From NCBI RefSeq assembly GCF_030144855.1, contig NC_082708.1:17794001-17858000 (forward strand): DNA of 64,000 bases, written 5' to 3'. Below the pieces are notes generated by a model. That model did no database searches. It was not told where the DNA came from and saw nothing but the letters and a program-made list of their open reading frames with translations. The translations under genes and the position numbers were made by a program. Positions 36,122 to 49,358 of this stretch are shown here, piece after piece. This DNA is from Hypanus sabinus. Taxonomy: Eukaryota. Within the stretch, counting starts at the first letter, position 1; every line of letters begins with the position of its first letter.

Positions 36122-37538
36122 CTTTTTCTTCGGCTGTCCATCGATTTCGATGTTGACTGTGCTGAGAGTTCAGTCTCTGCAGGCACGTTTATGGGCCACA
36201 AGACCAGCGTTGGATCGACACTGTCACCCACATTGGTTGCATTTGTGATTTGACTGGTCTAGCACCGAATGTCTGCCTTCATGACCTGCTTCATATTTCT
36301 GCTGCCTTTTCTCCTCGATAGCTGGGATTGACTTCTTGACAATGCTGCACCAACTTCTTCTGTCCAAAGCATCTTTCTCCCAGGTGTTGATATTCATGTC
36401 AGTGTTCTTCACATGGCGCTTGAGCACATCTTTGTAGCCCAGCTTCTGACCACCATTCTTCCTCTTTCCTTCATGTAGCTCACCACAGAAAACAGCTTTG
36501 GGTAAACGACCATCGCTCGTTCTTATGACGTGACCAGTCCAACGCGGCTGAGAAGCTGTGATGAGCGATTCTGCACTGACTGTCCAAGCATGTTTGAGCA
36601 CCTCCACATCTGGTACCCCCTCTTGCCACTTGATGTGAAATATTTGGCATAAATGCCTGAGTTGTGTCTTGGTCGATTTCTTGATGTGCTTCCGATACAA
36701 TGCCATCATTTCAGTTGAATAAAGCAGAGACGGTAAAACAACTGTGTTATACACTTTGACCTTGGTTGCCATTTTAATGTTGTGGCGAGACCAAAGTCGC
36801 TTCTGCAAAGCACCAAAGACTTTTGTAGCTGATTGAATTCTCCTCTCAGCTTCCAGATCTGATGAGTTGGTGTTGGTCACAGCACTTCCTAAGTGTGTGA
36901 AAGAGTCAGAGCATTTCAGCGCTACCCCATTGACCGATATGACTGGTGGTTGGGTCTCACTGGGACTACGCAGGGGAGGAGGCTGGTACAGAAGTTCGGT
37001 TTAGGAGACATTGATTCTTAAGCCAAAAAGAATGGTGGCAAATGTGAAGTGGTCTACAATTTCTGGAATCATGATTTTTCATGATTTTTACTTTGAAGCA
37101 ACTCCAGGAGAAGGCAGTAGAACAGCAACAACCATTGTACATAGTATTTTTTGATTTCTCACATGCAATTGATATGGTGGACAGAGAAACACTCTGGGAA
37201 GTGCACAAAACATATGGCTGTCCAGATAGGCTGGTTATTGGAGAAGATGTCAGCGAAGCCTTCACCATCAGCCATGGGGTAAAACAAGGATGCGTTCTTG
37301 CTCCAACTTTGTTCACACTATATCTTGCTGCAGTTTTGAAAATAACAGACCATAATTTGGACAAAGGTGTGTATATCAGGTCTTGCTAAGATGGAAAATT
37401 GTTCAACCCGTCAAGACTCAAAGCCTCAACCAAATCAAACAAAATATCTGTCAGAGAGCTTCTGTATGCAGATGACTCAGCCCTGGTTGCTACTGATGTT
37501 AATGTGATTCAAGAAATTGTAGACCGATTCTGGTTTGC
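36122..37538 (-). mobile_element. RTE LINE with inverted 5' segment
   Basis: Minus ORF 36224-36880 (C-terminus); plus ORFs 37081-37389 and 37399+ (KQGCVLAP, LLYADD). TSD aggtagttgcatt/agatagttgcatt. Confidence 0.9.
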
Positions 37539-38458
37539 AGATAGTTGCATTAATGGGCAGGTGTACCCAATAAAGTGGCTACTGAGCGCATTTCAAGCAA
37601 AGGTGCAAAATTTGGAAAAGAATAATTATTTCCTGTGTTGTTTTGGAATAAAGGAGCAGAATTTTCCCTTCAGTGACTTCACGTAGTTGCGTAAACTTCA
37701 GCAGATATCTAATCTTGCCATAAAGTGTTTGTGTACATTTACTTAACAAATAACTTCAGCAAGCTGTGCAAAGTACACATTCTAACACTGTCACAATCCA
37801 CGCAAACATGGCAGATAGTCAGACGCTTAGCAGGTCAAGAGTTTTTATTTCAGGATTTAATAAAACAAGAAGACAGCATTGATTTCTATAGTGGGTGCAC
37901 TATAATTCCGAACCAATAAGGAAATGGTTCAAATGGTAAAAACCATTCAATCTTTCCATCTCATTCTTCACGTCTGTCTGTGTCAGATCCAAAAAGTTCC
38001 ACCTGTCCTGCTGTTGACTCAGATTTTCAGACTTCACATTCAGTTTTTAGGCTGCCACTGTACCACAGCAATTAGCACAATACTATTACACCTTGGGATG
38101 TTGGAATTTGGAGTTCATTTCCTCTGTGAGAAGTTTGTACAGTACTGTGCAAAAGTCTTAGGCACATATTTGTCTATAAAAGATTGCACATAAAAGTCAG
38201 TACTGTATTTGTCAATGTGGAGAGGACAGCGAGTCTGTAAATCTGGCGGGAGCAAAGGATGATGGAATGGCGAGGGAGGAGCACCACAGGAGAGGCATGG
38301 GACAGGTGGCAGAGAAGGAATGCCAGGGGCAGGTGGTGGTGGCATAGGTGCAGACACACCCAGTCCTCTGACGTTTGATTCCAAATGATAGGTTTACTGA
38401 TCGTTACAGAATCTCTCTCTCATATTTCCTGCTCCCTCCCCTCTCCCTTCCTCTTTTC

Positions 38459-40620
38459 AGAAGCAGAATCAGGTTTATTATCACCTGCATGTGTCATGAA
38501 ATTTGTTAACATAGCAGTAACAGTTCAATGCAATACATAATATAGAAGAAAACAATAATAAATCAATCAATCAACCACAGTATATGTATATTGAACCAAT
38601 TAAAGCTCATGCAAAAACAGAAATGATATATATTTAAGAAGTGAGGAAGTCTTTCCATTTAAATAAAATCGATCTTCTGGCTATTAATGTCATAAAAGCA
38701 ATTAAACGACAAGCTGATGAGGATAAATGACTGGAGTCTATCACTGGTAGTCCAAAGATTGCAGTGATAGGATGAGGTTTTAAATCAACACACAGAACTG
38801 CTGAAATAATATCAAAAATAGCTTTCCAATATTTTCTTAACAGAGGGCACGGCCAGAACATATGGTGCACCTACCACATTTCAATGGTTTTCCCAAACGA
38901 TTGCATGTTTAAATTTGGAAAAGGTTAGGAGCAGTACTATGGACCACTCGGTTAAATTTGAAGAAACTTGGAAGCCATTTAGTCAATATTTTCATATGAT
39001 GTAAGTTGACCCTTTCTGAATCCTTTTTCTCAGTAATTTTTTTTATGGATAGAGGAGTGGAGTTAAACGACAAAATATAATTTTAACCGATGAATTATGG
39101 CAGCCCAATCTTTCTTTGTTTTTCGTTAGGTTAGTTTGTTTTAGTTTTTTTTTCTCTTTTTCTCTTTTTTTATAATTATAATTATCTTTTTCATGGTTAA
39201 TTACTAAGAGATTGGGAGTTTGGACTCCAGTTGTTACTTGGAATATGTGTTTCTGCATGTTAACCATTATTAATGTACTCTTGATTTCTATGTATTAGTA
39301 TTAATAGTGTTTTTTGGAAACAATAAAAAGATTGAAAAAGAAAGAAGAAGGGAGGTAGTGTTCATAGGTTCAATGTCCATTTAGGAATCAGATGGCAGAG
39401 GGGAAGAAGTTGTTCTTCAATCGTTGAGTATGTGCTTTCAGGGTTCTGTATCTCTTACCTGATGATAATAGTGAGAAGAGTGCTGAGGGTCTTTAATGGT
39501 GGACGCTCCCGCCCCTCCATACCAGACAGTGATGCAGCCTGTCAGAATGCTCTCCACGGTACATCTATAAACATTTTTGGGTGTTTTTCTTGACATACCA
39601 AATCTCTTCAAACTCCTAATGAAGTATAATCACTGTTTTGCCTTCTTTATAACTGCATCGATATATTGGGGACAATCTGTCCTCAGAGATCTTGACACCC
39701 AGGAACTTGAAATTGCTCACTCTTTCCACTTCTGATCCCTCTATGAGGAGCAGTGTGTGTTCCCTCATCTTACCCTTCCTGAAGTCCACAATCAGGTCTT
39801 TCGTCTTACTGGCGATGAGTGAAATGTTGTTGTTGCGACATCACTGCACTAGTTGGCATACCTCACTCCTGTACGCCCTCTCATCACCATCTGAGATTCT
39901 ACCAACTACGGTTGTATCATCAGGAATGTTATAGATGGTATTTGAGCTATGCTTAGCCACACAGTCATGGGCATATAGAGAGTAGAGCAATGGGCTAAGC
40001 ACACATCCCTGAGGTGCGCCAGTGTCGATCAACAGTGAGAAGGATACGTTATCACCAATCTACACAGATAGCGGTCTTCTGGTAAGGATGTAGAGAATCC
40101 AATTGCAGAGGGAGGAACAAAGTTCCCAGGTTCTGTAACTTCTCAATCAGAATTGTGGGAATGATGGTCTTAAATACTGAGTTATAGTCGATGAACAGCA
40201 TCCTGACATAGGTGTTTGTACTGTCCATGTGACGAGCCATTGAGATTGCATCTGCTGTTGACCTATTGTGGTGATAGGCAAATTGCAATGGGTCCAGGTC
40301 CTTACTGAGAGAGGAGCTCAGTCTAGTCATGACCAACCTCTCAAAGCATTTCATCACTGTAGATGTGAGTGCTACCGGGCGATAGTCATTAAGGCAGCTC
40401 ACATTATTCTTCTTGGGCGCTGGTATAATTGTTGCCTTTTTGAAGCAAGTGGGAACTTCTGCCCGTAGCAGTGAGAGGTTGAAAATGTCCTTGAATACTC
40501 CTGCCAGTTGGTTCGCACAAGTTTTCTGAGCCTTACCAGCTATTCCGTCGGGGCCTTCCACCTTGCGAGGGGTTTACCCTCTTTAAAGACAGCATAACAT
40601 TGGCCTTCGAGACAGAGGTC
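38459..40620 (-). mobile_element. Rex1/Babar LINE
   Basis: ORFs 40052-40561 ([19 protein letters not shown]) and 39841-40032; 3' tail at 38459-38635. Confidence 0.92.
38651..39344 (+). mobile_element. L1 LINE 3' end with 5' inversion
   Basis: Minus 38651-38864 HMFWPCP..YWK.IF..ARRSILFKWKD; plus 38868-39004 PTTFQW..LNLEK..FEETWKPF; AATAAA and A-rich tail; 15-bp TSD (13/15). Confidence 0.88.
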
Positions 40621-40829
40621 AAACATGATTCCCGTCTCCTTGTGCCCTCCCCGCTCTTTGTTCACTATGGAGACCCATATCAGAAACAGGTGCATCATCG
40701 CTCACCTATGCATGAAGTTTGATTTTTTGCAGCAGCAGCAGTACATAAAATTACTACCATAGTGTGAAAAAGTCTTAGGCACCCTAGCTATAGATCTGTG
40801 CTTAAGACTTCTGCACAGTACAGTACAGC

Positions 40830-41020
40830 CTTTCCTTGGGTGCATGAGTTTCATCTGGATGCTCCGGTTTCCTCCCACACTCCACTGGTTAATTGGTTAA
40901 TTGGTCATGGATGACCAGCGATTAGGCTACGATTAAATATGTGGATTGCTGGGCAGTGCAGATTGTTGGGCTGTAAGTGCCTATTCAGCACTGTATCTAT
41001 AAATAAAAAATAAATTAAAT
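40830..41020 (+). mobile_element. V-SINE fragment
   Basis: gctccggtttcctcccacac..ggttaattggtcat..ctgtatctataaataaa. Confidence 0.7.
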
Positions 41021-44000
41021 GACGTATTTTATTAATATTAACCTGGCCTCTGGGTCATGTTCCATAGTCTCACTTCACATGGCCCATGGCCTGATCTCCA
41101 GTTCAGTGACTTTAGTACTCAATTCCATTCCAATTCTGTAATGAGGGAATGCACTATTTTGCAGACGTTAAACTGATTTGCTGCCCGCTCTTTCAAGTGT
41201 TCAGGCAACTCTTTACAACAATAACATTAAAATAGAAATTAGTTTTCCATAACTTAATGAAAGATTAGCTTCTTTATTTAAAGATTTGCAATGAACTGCA
41301 TTGTTTGCTTTAAAAATCAGTGAGGACTGGGCTGGGCAGTCAAAATAGCATGGCCACAGCTCACTACCTTAACCATACATCTTTGGAATGTGGGAGGAAA
41401 CCAGGGAACCTGGAGGAAACCTACACAGTCATGGGGAAAAGTATAAACCTCTTGTTGACAGCAGTGGGAATTGAACTCTGATATGTGATCGCTTCATTGG
41501 ACCACAGTGCATCATGCCACATCCTATTGAATGCTTTCTTGAAGCCTGTGAACATGTGGAAGATGTCCTGTTGATGTTGGTTGTATTTCTTACACAGGAC
41601 TCAGAAGTTGAGCATCTGTTCAGTTGTACTTCCACTTCTGAATCTCCATGCTCTTTGGCGATTATTTCTTCTGCCTGTGGTTTCAATATGTTCAAGATGA
41701 CTTTCAACATCACTTTGCTTACATGGCTGATAAAATTTACAGTTCTATAGTTCTGGCTCTTGCCTTTCTTGGGGAGAGTGATGATGAGTGATTTTGTCTG
41801 AGCTATTGGCCATTTCCCGGTGTGCCAGATTTTGTTGCAGATATTGGTGAGGATGTCAATCACTGTCTCTCCTCCACGTTTTATCAGATCAGCCAGGGTG
41901 TTGTCTATCCCTGCAGCTTTCCCATTCTTCAGCAAACTTATGGCTGCTTCTCCTTCTTCCTGCAGAATTGGAAAGTCACCGTTGTTGGACACGCCCTGGC
42001 TTGCGAGTACACTGGGGTCTCCTCGGACCACAGTGATGCACTCTGGGCAACAATGAAGGGATACAACATGGAACAAAAGCTGATCCAAACCTTCAAGCAG
42101 CTTGACACCAAAGGCAGCAGTGCTGTTCAAGTCTCAGTTGGAGAGTGGTTCCACATATCCGGTAAAGTCTGACAAGGCTCCATCCTTTCATTCACACTGT
42201 TCAACAGTTTCCTGGAACTAATAATGGCAGATGCCCTGGAAGACCATATTGGCACAGTCAGCATCTGTGTGTCTATATAAAGAATAACTGGTGCACAGCA
42301 ATGAACATTGTGGATAAACACTGCTGCACAGACTTGGAGCTCCTCGCAGTAAGGTGTAGACTGTTCTTTCTCTCCCCAGGGAATTCACGACGATAATAAT
42401 TACGGCTGTATACGTCCCCGGCAAGCTAACGCTGAGTTAGCATTGGAAAAGCTACACGGCAGCACCAGCAAACAGCTCCTGGCTCACCCAGACAGAGTGA
42501 TCATTGTAGCAGGGGACTTCAACCACACAGATCTTAAACTGATCATGCCAAAATTTTACAAAAATGTGAATTTCCCGACACGAGAAAATAACATACTAGA
42601 CCAAGTCTACACAAATATTCCAGGAACATTCAAAGCAACCCCATCTGCACAGCTAGGACAATCAGACCATATCTCCCTCACTCTGACCCCAGCTTACAGA
42701 CCACAGATCTGCAGAGTAAAACCAACCATCAAGGCAGTACATGTGCGGTCTGTGGAAGCCACCTCAATGCTACAGAACTGTTTTGACAACACAGATTGGG
42801 GCTTGTTTGCAAAGGGAGCAGACCTGGAGGAATATGTTGGTTCAGTCCTAGGATATATTAAGTTTTGCACAGAAAATGTAATAACACAAAAGACAATTAA
42901 GGTGTTTGCCAATCAAACGCCATAGATTAAGCCAAGGATTGAACAGTTTAAAAAGAAGGCTGTCGTATCCAGCGGGCAGCGGAGTGAAAGGGCTTTGGCT
43001 CCACGGGCTTCGGCGGTAACGGGACGAGGTGAGGCAGTTGTTGATTGCAAAAGGATGTAGTATGTGTGTGAGGCTAGTTTTCTGTGGTCAGCGTCAGATG
43101 TGGGAGGTCCTGGAGTCTCCCGGCATCCCGGACAGCCACATCTGTACCCGGTGCATCGAGATGCAACTCCTAAGGGACCGTGCTAGGGAACTGGAGCTGC
43201 AGCTCGATGACCTTCGTCTGGTCAGGGAGAGTGAGGAGTTGATAGAGAGGAGTTACAGACAGGTGGTCACACCGGGACCACAAGAACAGAGAAATGGGTC
43301 ACGGTCAGGAGAGGGAAGGGGAAGAGTCAGGTACTAGAGAGTACCACTGCGACTGTACCCCTTGACAATAAGAACTCCTGTTTGAGTACTGTTGGCGGGA
43401 CAGCCTACCTGGGGGAAGCGACATTGGCTGTGCCTCTGGCACAGAGTCCGGCTCTGTGGCTCAGAAGGTTAGGGAAAGGAAGAGGAAGGCAGTAGTGATA
43501 GGGGACTCTATAGTCGGGGGTCAGACAGGCGATTCTGTGGATGCAGGAAAGAAATTCAGATGGTAGTTTGCCTCCCAGGCGCCAGGGTCTGGGATATTTC
43601 TAATCGCGTCCAAAATATCCTGCAATGGGAGGGAGAACAGCCAGAGGTGGTGGTACATATTGGTACCAATGACATAGGTAGGAAAAGGGAAGAGGTCCTG
43701 AAAGAAGACTATAGGGAGTTAGGAAGGAAGTTGAAAAGCAGGACCTCAAAGGTAGTAATCTCGGGATTACTGCCTGTGCCACGCAACAGTGAGAATAGGA
43801 ATAGAATGAGGTGGAGGATAAATGCGTGGCTGAGAGATTAGAGCAGGGGGCAGGGATTCAGGTTTCTGGATCTTTGGGACCTCTTTTGGGACGGGTGTGA
43901 CCTGTGCAAAACGGACGGGTTGCACTTGAATCCCAGGGGGACCTTTATCCTGGTGGGCAGGCTTGATAGAGCTGTTTTGGGAGGGTTTGGCAGGGGATTG

Positions 44001-45458
44001 GGAATCAGAATGTGAGTGCAGGGATTAAGGTAGAAGGACAAGGGCATGATGCTAAGAGAGTTCTGAGTTGATGAGGAAGGACAGGCAGGGGACAGAACAT
44101 AATTGTAGCCAGTTAAAGGGGTTGAAATGTGTCTTTTTCAAAGCTAGGAGTATTAGGAACAGGGAGAATGAACTTAGAGCATGGATTAGTAAGTGGAACT
44201 ACGATGTTGTGGCCGTATCTGAAACTTGGTTGGAGGAAGGGTAGGATTGTATGATGCAGGTCCTGTGGTTCAGGTGTTTTAAAAGGAATAGGATGGGAGG
44301 TAGAAAAGGGGGGGAGTGGCATTGCTGGTCAGGGATAGTATTACAGCTATAGAAAGGGAGGATGCTGCAGAAGGAGTGTCCACGGAGTCACTCTGGGTGG
44401 AAGTCAGAAATAGGAAGGATCAATCACTGTACTGGGAATAGTCTATAGGCCCCCAAATAGCCCTCGGGACACCGAGGAGCAGATAAGCAGGCAGATTTTA
44501 GAATGGTGCAGGAAACACAGGGTTGTAGTTATGGGTGATTTCAACTTCCTTCATATTGACTGGCACCTCTTGTCTGCAAGAAGGGTAGATGGGGCTGAAC
44601 TTGTCAGGTGTGTTTAAGAAGGATTCCTGACCCAGTATGTGGACTGGCTGATGAGAGGAGAGGCTATACTGGATCCAGTTCTGGGTAATGAACCTGGTCA
44701 GGTGACAGACCTCTTGGTGGGGGAGCATTTTGGTGAGAGTGACCATAACACCCTTAGCTTCAGCATAGCTATGGAAAGGGATAAAATCAGATGAAATGGT
44801 GAAGTGCTTAACCGGGGAAGGGCTAACTTTGAAGGAATGAGGCAGGAACTAGCAAGAGTAAATTTGAAACAGACGTTCAAAGGGGAAAGCACAGAACTAA
44901 TGTGGGAGAAGTTTAGGGACCACTTGAGCTGGGTTCAGGATAGGTTTGTCCCACTGAGGCAAGGAAATAATGGTAGGAAAAGGGAACCGTGGCCGACAAA
45001 ACATGTGAGGCAACTCGTCACGAGGAAAAGGAAGCATATGTTAGATATAAGAAGTAGGAAGTAGGAGGGGCTTATGAGAAATATAGGGTAGCCAGGAAGG
45101 AGCTAAAGAAAGGACTTAGGAGAGCTCGAAGGGGGCATGAGAAGGCCTTGGCATGTAGGATTGAGAACCCCAAGGCGTTCTATGCGTGTGTGAAGAATAA
45201 GAGGATGATGAGAATGAAGATGGGACCAATGAAGGATAAAGAGGACAACATGTGCCTGGAGGTGGAGGAGGTTGGGGTGGTCCTAAATGAATACTTTGCT
45301 TCCATTTTCACAAGTGGAAAGGATCTTGATCAGTATGAGGTCGAAGTAGAGCGGGCCTGTGTGCTGGACAATGTGGAGATTAAGGAAGAAGAAGTGCTCG
45401 ACCTTAAAAACGTTAAGATTGATAAATCCCCAGGGTCGGATATGATACACCCCAGGTT

Positions 45459-46485
45459 AACCATATAACATATAACCATTGTGGTGAACTATGTGCCTGT
45501 CGGGACACGCCCCCTGCTGACTGCTCCTGTGGCTCCTCCCACAGGCCCCTGTATAAAGGAGATCTGAGGCCTGACGCTCGGCCTCAGTCTCCAGGACATT
45601 GTATGATAGACACTCACTCCTGGTTCCTTCTTCCAGTCAATAAAAGCCGATATCTCGCCTTACGTCTCAGTGTGAGTTATTGATGGTGCATCAACCATAT
45701 AACAATTACAGCATGGAAACAGGCCATCTTGGCCCTTTTAGTCCATACCGAACGCTTGCTCTCACCTAGTCCCACTGACCCGCACTCAGCCCATAACCCT
45801 CCATTCCTTTCCTGTCCATATACCTATCCAGTTTTACTTTAAATGACAATACTGAACCTGACTCTACCACTTCTACTGAAAGCTCGTTCCACACAACTAC
45901 CACTCTCTGAGTAAAGAAATTCCCCCTCGTGTTACCCTTAAACTTTTGCCCCCTAAGTCTCAACTCACGTCCTCTTGTTTGAATCTCCCCTACTCTCAAT
46001 GGAAAAAGCCTATCCATGTCAACTCTATCTATTCCCCTCATAATTTTAAATACCTCTATCAAGTCCCCTCTCAACCTTTTACACTCCAAAGAATAAAGAT
46101 CTAACTTATTCAACCTTTCTCTGTAACTTAGGTGCTGAAACCCAGGTAGCATTCTAGTAAATCTTCTCTGTACTCTCTCTATTTTGTTGACATATTTCCC
46201 ATAATTCGGTGACCAGAACTGTACACAATACTCCAAATTTGGGCTTACCAATGCCTTGTACAATTTTAACATTACATCCCAATTTAATGCTCTGATTTAT
46301 AAAGGCCAACATACCAAAAGCTTTCTTCACCCCCCTAGCCACATGAGATTCCACCTTCAGGGAACTATGCACCATTATTCCTAGATCACTCTGCGCTACT
46401 GCATTCCTCAATGCCCTACCATTTACCATGTACGTCCTATTTGGATTATTCCTACCAAAATGTAGCACCTCACACTTATCAGCAT
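45459..46485 (-). mobile_element. CR1 3' fragment nested in CR1
   Basis: ORFs 45766-46272 and 46154-46468; (atataacc)n tail. The host frame HPR/LLWE rejoins. Confidence 0.92.
45480..45693 (+). mobile_element. Solo LTR family A (214 bp)
   Basis: TGTGGTGAAC...GGTGCATCA with TATAAA and AATAAA; perfect TSD accat. Confidence 0.9.
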
Positions 46486-49286
46486 GTTGTTGTGGGAATT
46501 GAGAGAAGAGATCGCAGGAGCATTAGCTATGATCTTTGAATCCTCTTTGGCTGCGGGGGAAGTGCCGTAAGACTGGAGAATGGCAAATGTAGTTCCCTTG
46601 TTTAAAAAAGGTAATAGGGAGAAATCTAGGAACTATAGACTGGTGAGTCTTACGTCAATGATATGCAAACTACTGGAAAGGATTCTTAAGGATAAGGTCT
46701 ATGAGCATTTGGAGAAGTACAGTCCACTCATGGAGAGTCAACATGGCTTTGTGAAGGGAAGATCGTGCCTCACGAGCCTGATTGAGTTTTTTGAAGAGGT
46801 AACAAAAGAAATTGATGAGGGTAGGGCAGTGGATGTGGTCTACATGGACTTTAGCAAAGCATTTGACAAGATCCCTCATGAGAGACTCATCCAGAAAGTC
46901 ATGAGGCATGGGATATGTGAAACCTTGGCTGTTTGGATAAAAAATTGGCTTAAAGGAAGAAAGCAGAGGGTAGTTGTGGAAGGAAAGTATTCTGCCTGGA
47001 GGTCGGTGACTAGTGGAGTGTCGCAGGGAGCTGTCCTGGGACCCCTGCTATTTGTGATTTTTATAAGTGACCTGGATGTAGAGGCAGAAGGATGAGTGAG
47101 TAAGTTTTCGGATGACACGAAGATTGGAGGAGTTGTTGATGGAGCTGTAGGTGGTCAAAGGTTACAAGAGGATATAGACAGGCTGCAGAGTTGGGCAGAA
47201 AAATGGCAGATGGAGTTCAATCCGGACAAGTGTGAGGTGATGCATTTTGGAAGGACTAACCAGAAGACTGAGTACAGGATTAATGGTCAATTACTTAAGA
47301 GTGTGGATGAATAAAGGGACCTTGGGGTTCAAATCCATACATCCCTCAAGGTTCCTGCACAGGTTGATAGGGTAGTTAAGAAGGCCTATGGGATGCTACA
47401 CTTCATTAACAGGGGGACTGAGTTCAAGAGTAGAGAGGTCATGTTGCAACTCTACAAATCTCTGGTGAGACCACACTTAGAGTATTGTGTACAATTCTGG
47501 TCACCTCATTATAGGAAGGATGTGGAAGCTATGGAGAGGGTGCAGAGGAGATTTACCAGGATGTTGCCTGGTTTGGAGGACAAGTCATATGAAGCAAGAT
47601 TAGCAGAGCTGGGACTTTTCTCTTTGGAGCATAGAAGAATGAAAGGGGACTTGATAGAGGTCTAGAAGATTATGAGAGGCGTAGATAGGGTGGACAGTCA
47701 GTACCTGTTTCCCAGAGCACCAATAGCAAACACCAGAGGGCATATGTACAAAATTAAGGGAGGGAAGTTTAGGGGAGACATCAGGGGTAAGTTTTTTACA
47801 CAGAGGGTTGTGAGTGCCTGGAATGACTTGCCAGGAATGGTGGTTGAGGCTAAAACATTAGGGGTATTTAAGAGCCTTTTGGTACATGGTTGAAAGAAAA
47901 ATAGAGGGTTATGGGGTAGTGTGGGTTTAGTACTTTTTTAAAAGATTATATGGGTTGGCACAACATGGAGGGCTGAAGGGCCTGTACTGTGCTGTAGTGT
48001 TCTATGGTTCTGTGGTACTATTAACAGCAATGTGAGGGCGCAACACAGGGAGTACGATGCAGCCTTCAGGTCAGGAGACAAACAAGCCTGCAGTGAAGCA
48101 CGGGGGAATATCCACAGAGTCATCAGGGATGCAAAGCGCAAATACAAATTGTGCATTGAAAATTAGATTGATAACAACAATCCCCGTCGTATGTGGAAAG
48201 GCATCAAGGTGCTGACAGACTACAAAACCAATCATCTGCTGCCAGATGATGGCGCCACTCTGTCTGATGTCCTAAACCAGTTCTCTGTCCGCTTTGATAC
48301 TCGGAGGGAGGAGGCTGCTCCACTCATCAGCCCGTCTGACGATGAGTCCACACTGGTCCTTAAGCAACATCCGGTGAGATTCACCCTGAGGAAAGTGAAT
48401 GCGAGTAAGGCAGCTGGCCCAGACGGAGTGCCCGGCCGGGTACTGAAAGCACGTGCTGACCAGCTTGCTGAGGTGTTTACAAGTATATTTAAACTCTCAC
48501 TACAACAAGCTGCTGTTCTGACATGCCTTAAAACCTCCACCATCATCCCAGTGCCCAAAAAATCAGCTGTGAAGTGCCTGAATGACTATCGCCCTGTAGC
48601 GCTGACACCCATAGCCATGAAGTGCTTTGAGAGACTTGTGCTCTCACACATTAAGGCTATAATCCCACATGATCTGGACAAACACCAGTTTGCCTACCGG
48701 GCAAACCATTCCACAGAGGATGCAATCACAACAGCCCTCCATATTGTTCTGACTCACTTAGAGGAACCGAACACTTATGTGAGGATGTTACTTATGGACT
48801 TCAGTTCTGCATTTAACACAGTCATCAAACTGAACACTCTTGGCCTTGGTTCCTCCTTGTGCTCATGGGTCACGGACTTTCTCACAGACCGATCACAGCA
48901 AGTCAGAGTTGGTCAGCACACCTCCACCACCCTCATCTTAAAAACAGGCACCCGTCAGGGCTGTGTGCTGAGCCCTATGCTCTACACATTCTTCACACAT
49001 GACTGCACCCCCATCTACACCTCCAACTCCATAATTAAATTTGTGGACGATACCACAGTGGTTGGCCTGATCTCGGATGAGGATGAAACAGCCTACAGGC
49101 TCGAGGTGGATCGTCTGATGTAGTGGTGTAAGGACAACGACCAACACTTCTAGACCAGAAGAGATGATCATTGACTTCAGGAGCTCAAAGGACAGAGTAC
49201 ACCCCCCCCCCCCACCTCCATATACATGGAGAGGTAGTGGAAAGTGTGGAAAACCTAAAGTTCCTTGGAGCTATGTTGTCAAAACA

Positions 49287-49358
49287 GCTGACATGGACCA
49301 CCAACACCTCGCTGACATGGACCACCAACACCTCGCTGACATGGACCACCAACACCTC
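49287..49358 (+). repeat. Perfect 24-bp x3 tandem repeat
   Basis: gctgacatggaccaccaacacctc repeated three times, in frame (LTWTTNTS). Confidence 0.95.

Larger units (their letters stand above)
35118..37588 (-). mobile_element. Non-autonomous Tc1-like transposon split by an LTR and an RTE
   Basis: TIRs cattcagtcacctatttattgggtaca and tgtacccaataaagtggctactgagcg. Pieces 35118-35370, 35903-36121 and 37539-37588 join seamlessly. Confidence 0.82.
38140..40823 (-). mobile_element. Composite MITE cargo family 1, split by Rex1
   Basis: Pieces 38140-38458 and 40620-40823 join to match 51578-52073; TA flanks. Confidence 0.8.
42931..48019 (+). mobile_element. Near full-length CR1 LINE (ORF1 zinc finger/leucine zipper/esterase; ORF2 APE-RT), disrupted
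   Basis: ORF 43029-43337 (HICTRC, LELQL), GDS/LPGA/HIGTND/DGLHLN esterase motifs, ORFs 46580-47893; (gttctatg)-type tail; candidate TSD attaa. Confidence 0.95.

Noticed and set aside
49287-49358. CRISPR-like array
   Set aside because: Contiguous tandem units with no spacers, inside a eukaryotic LINE.
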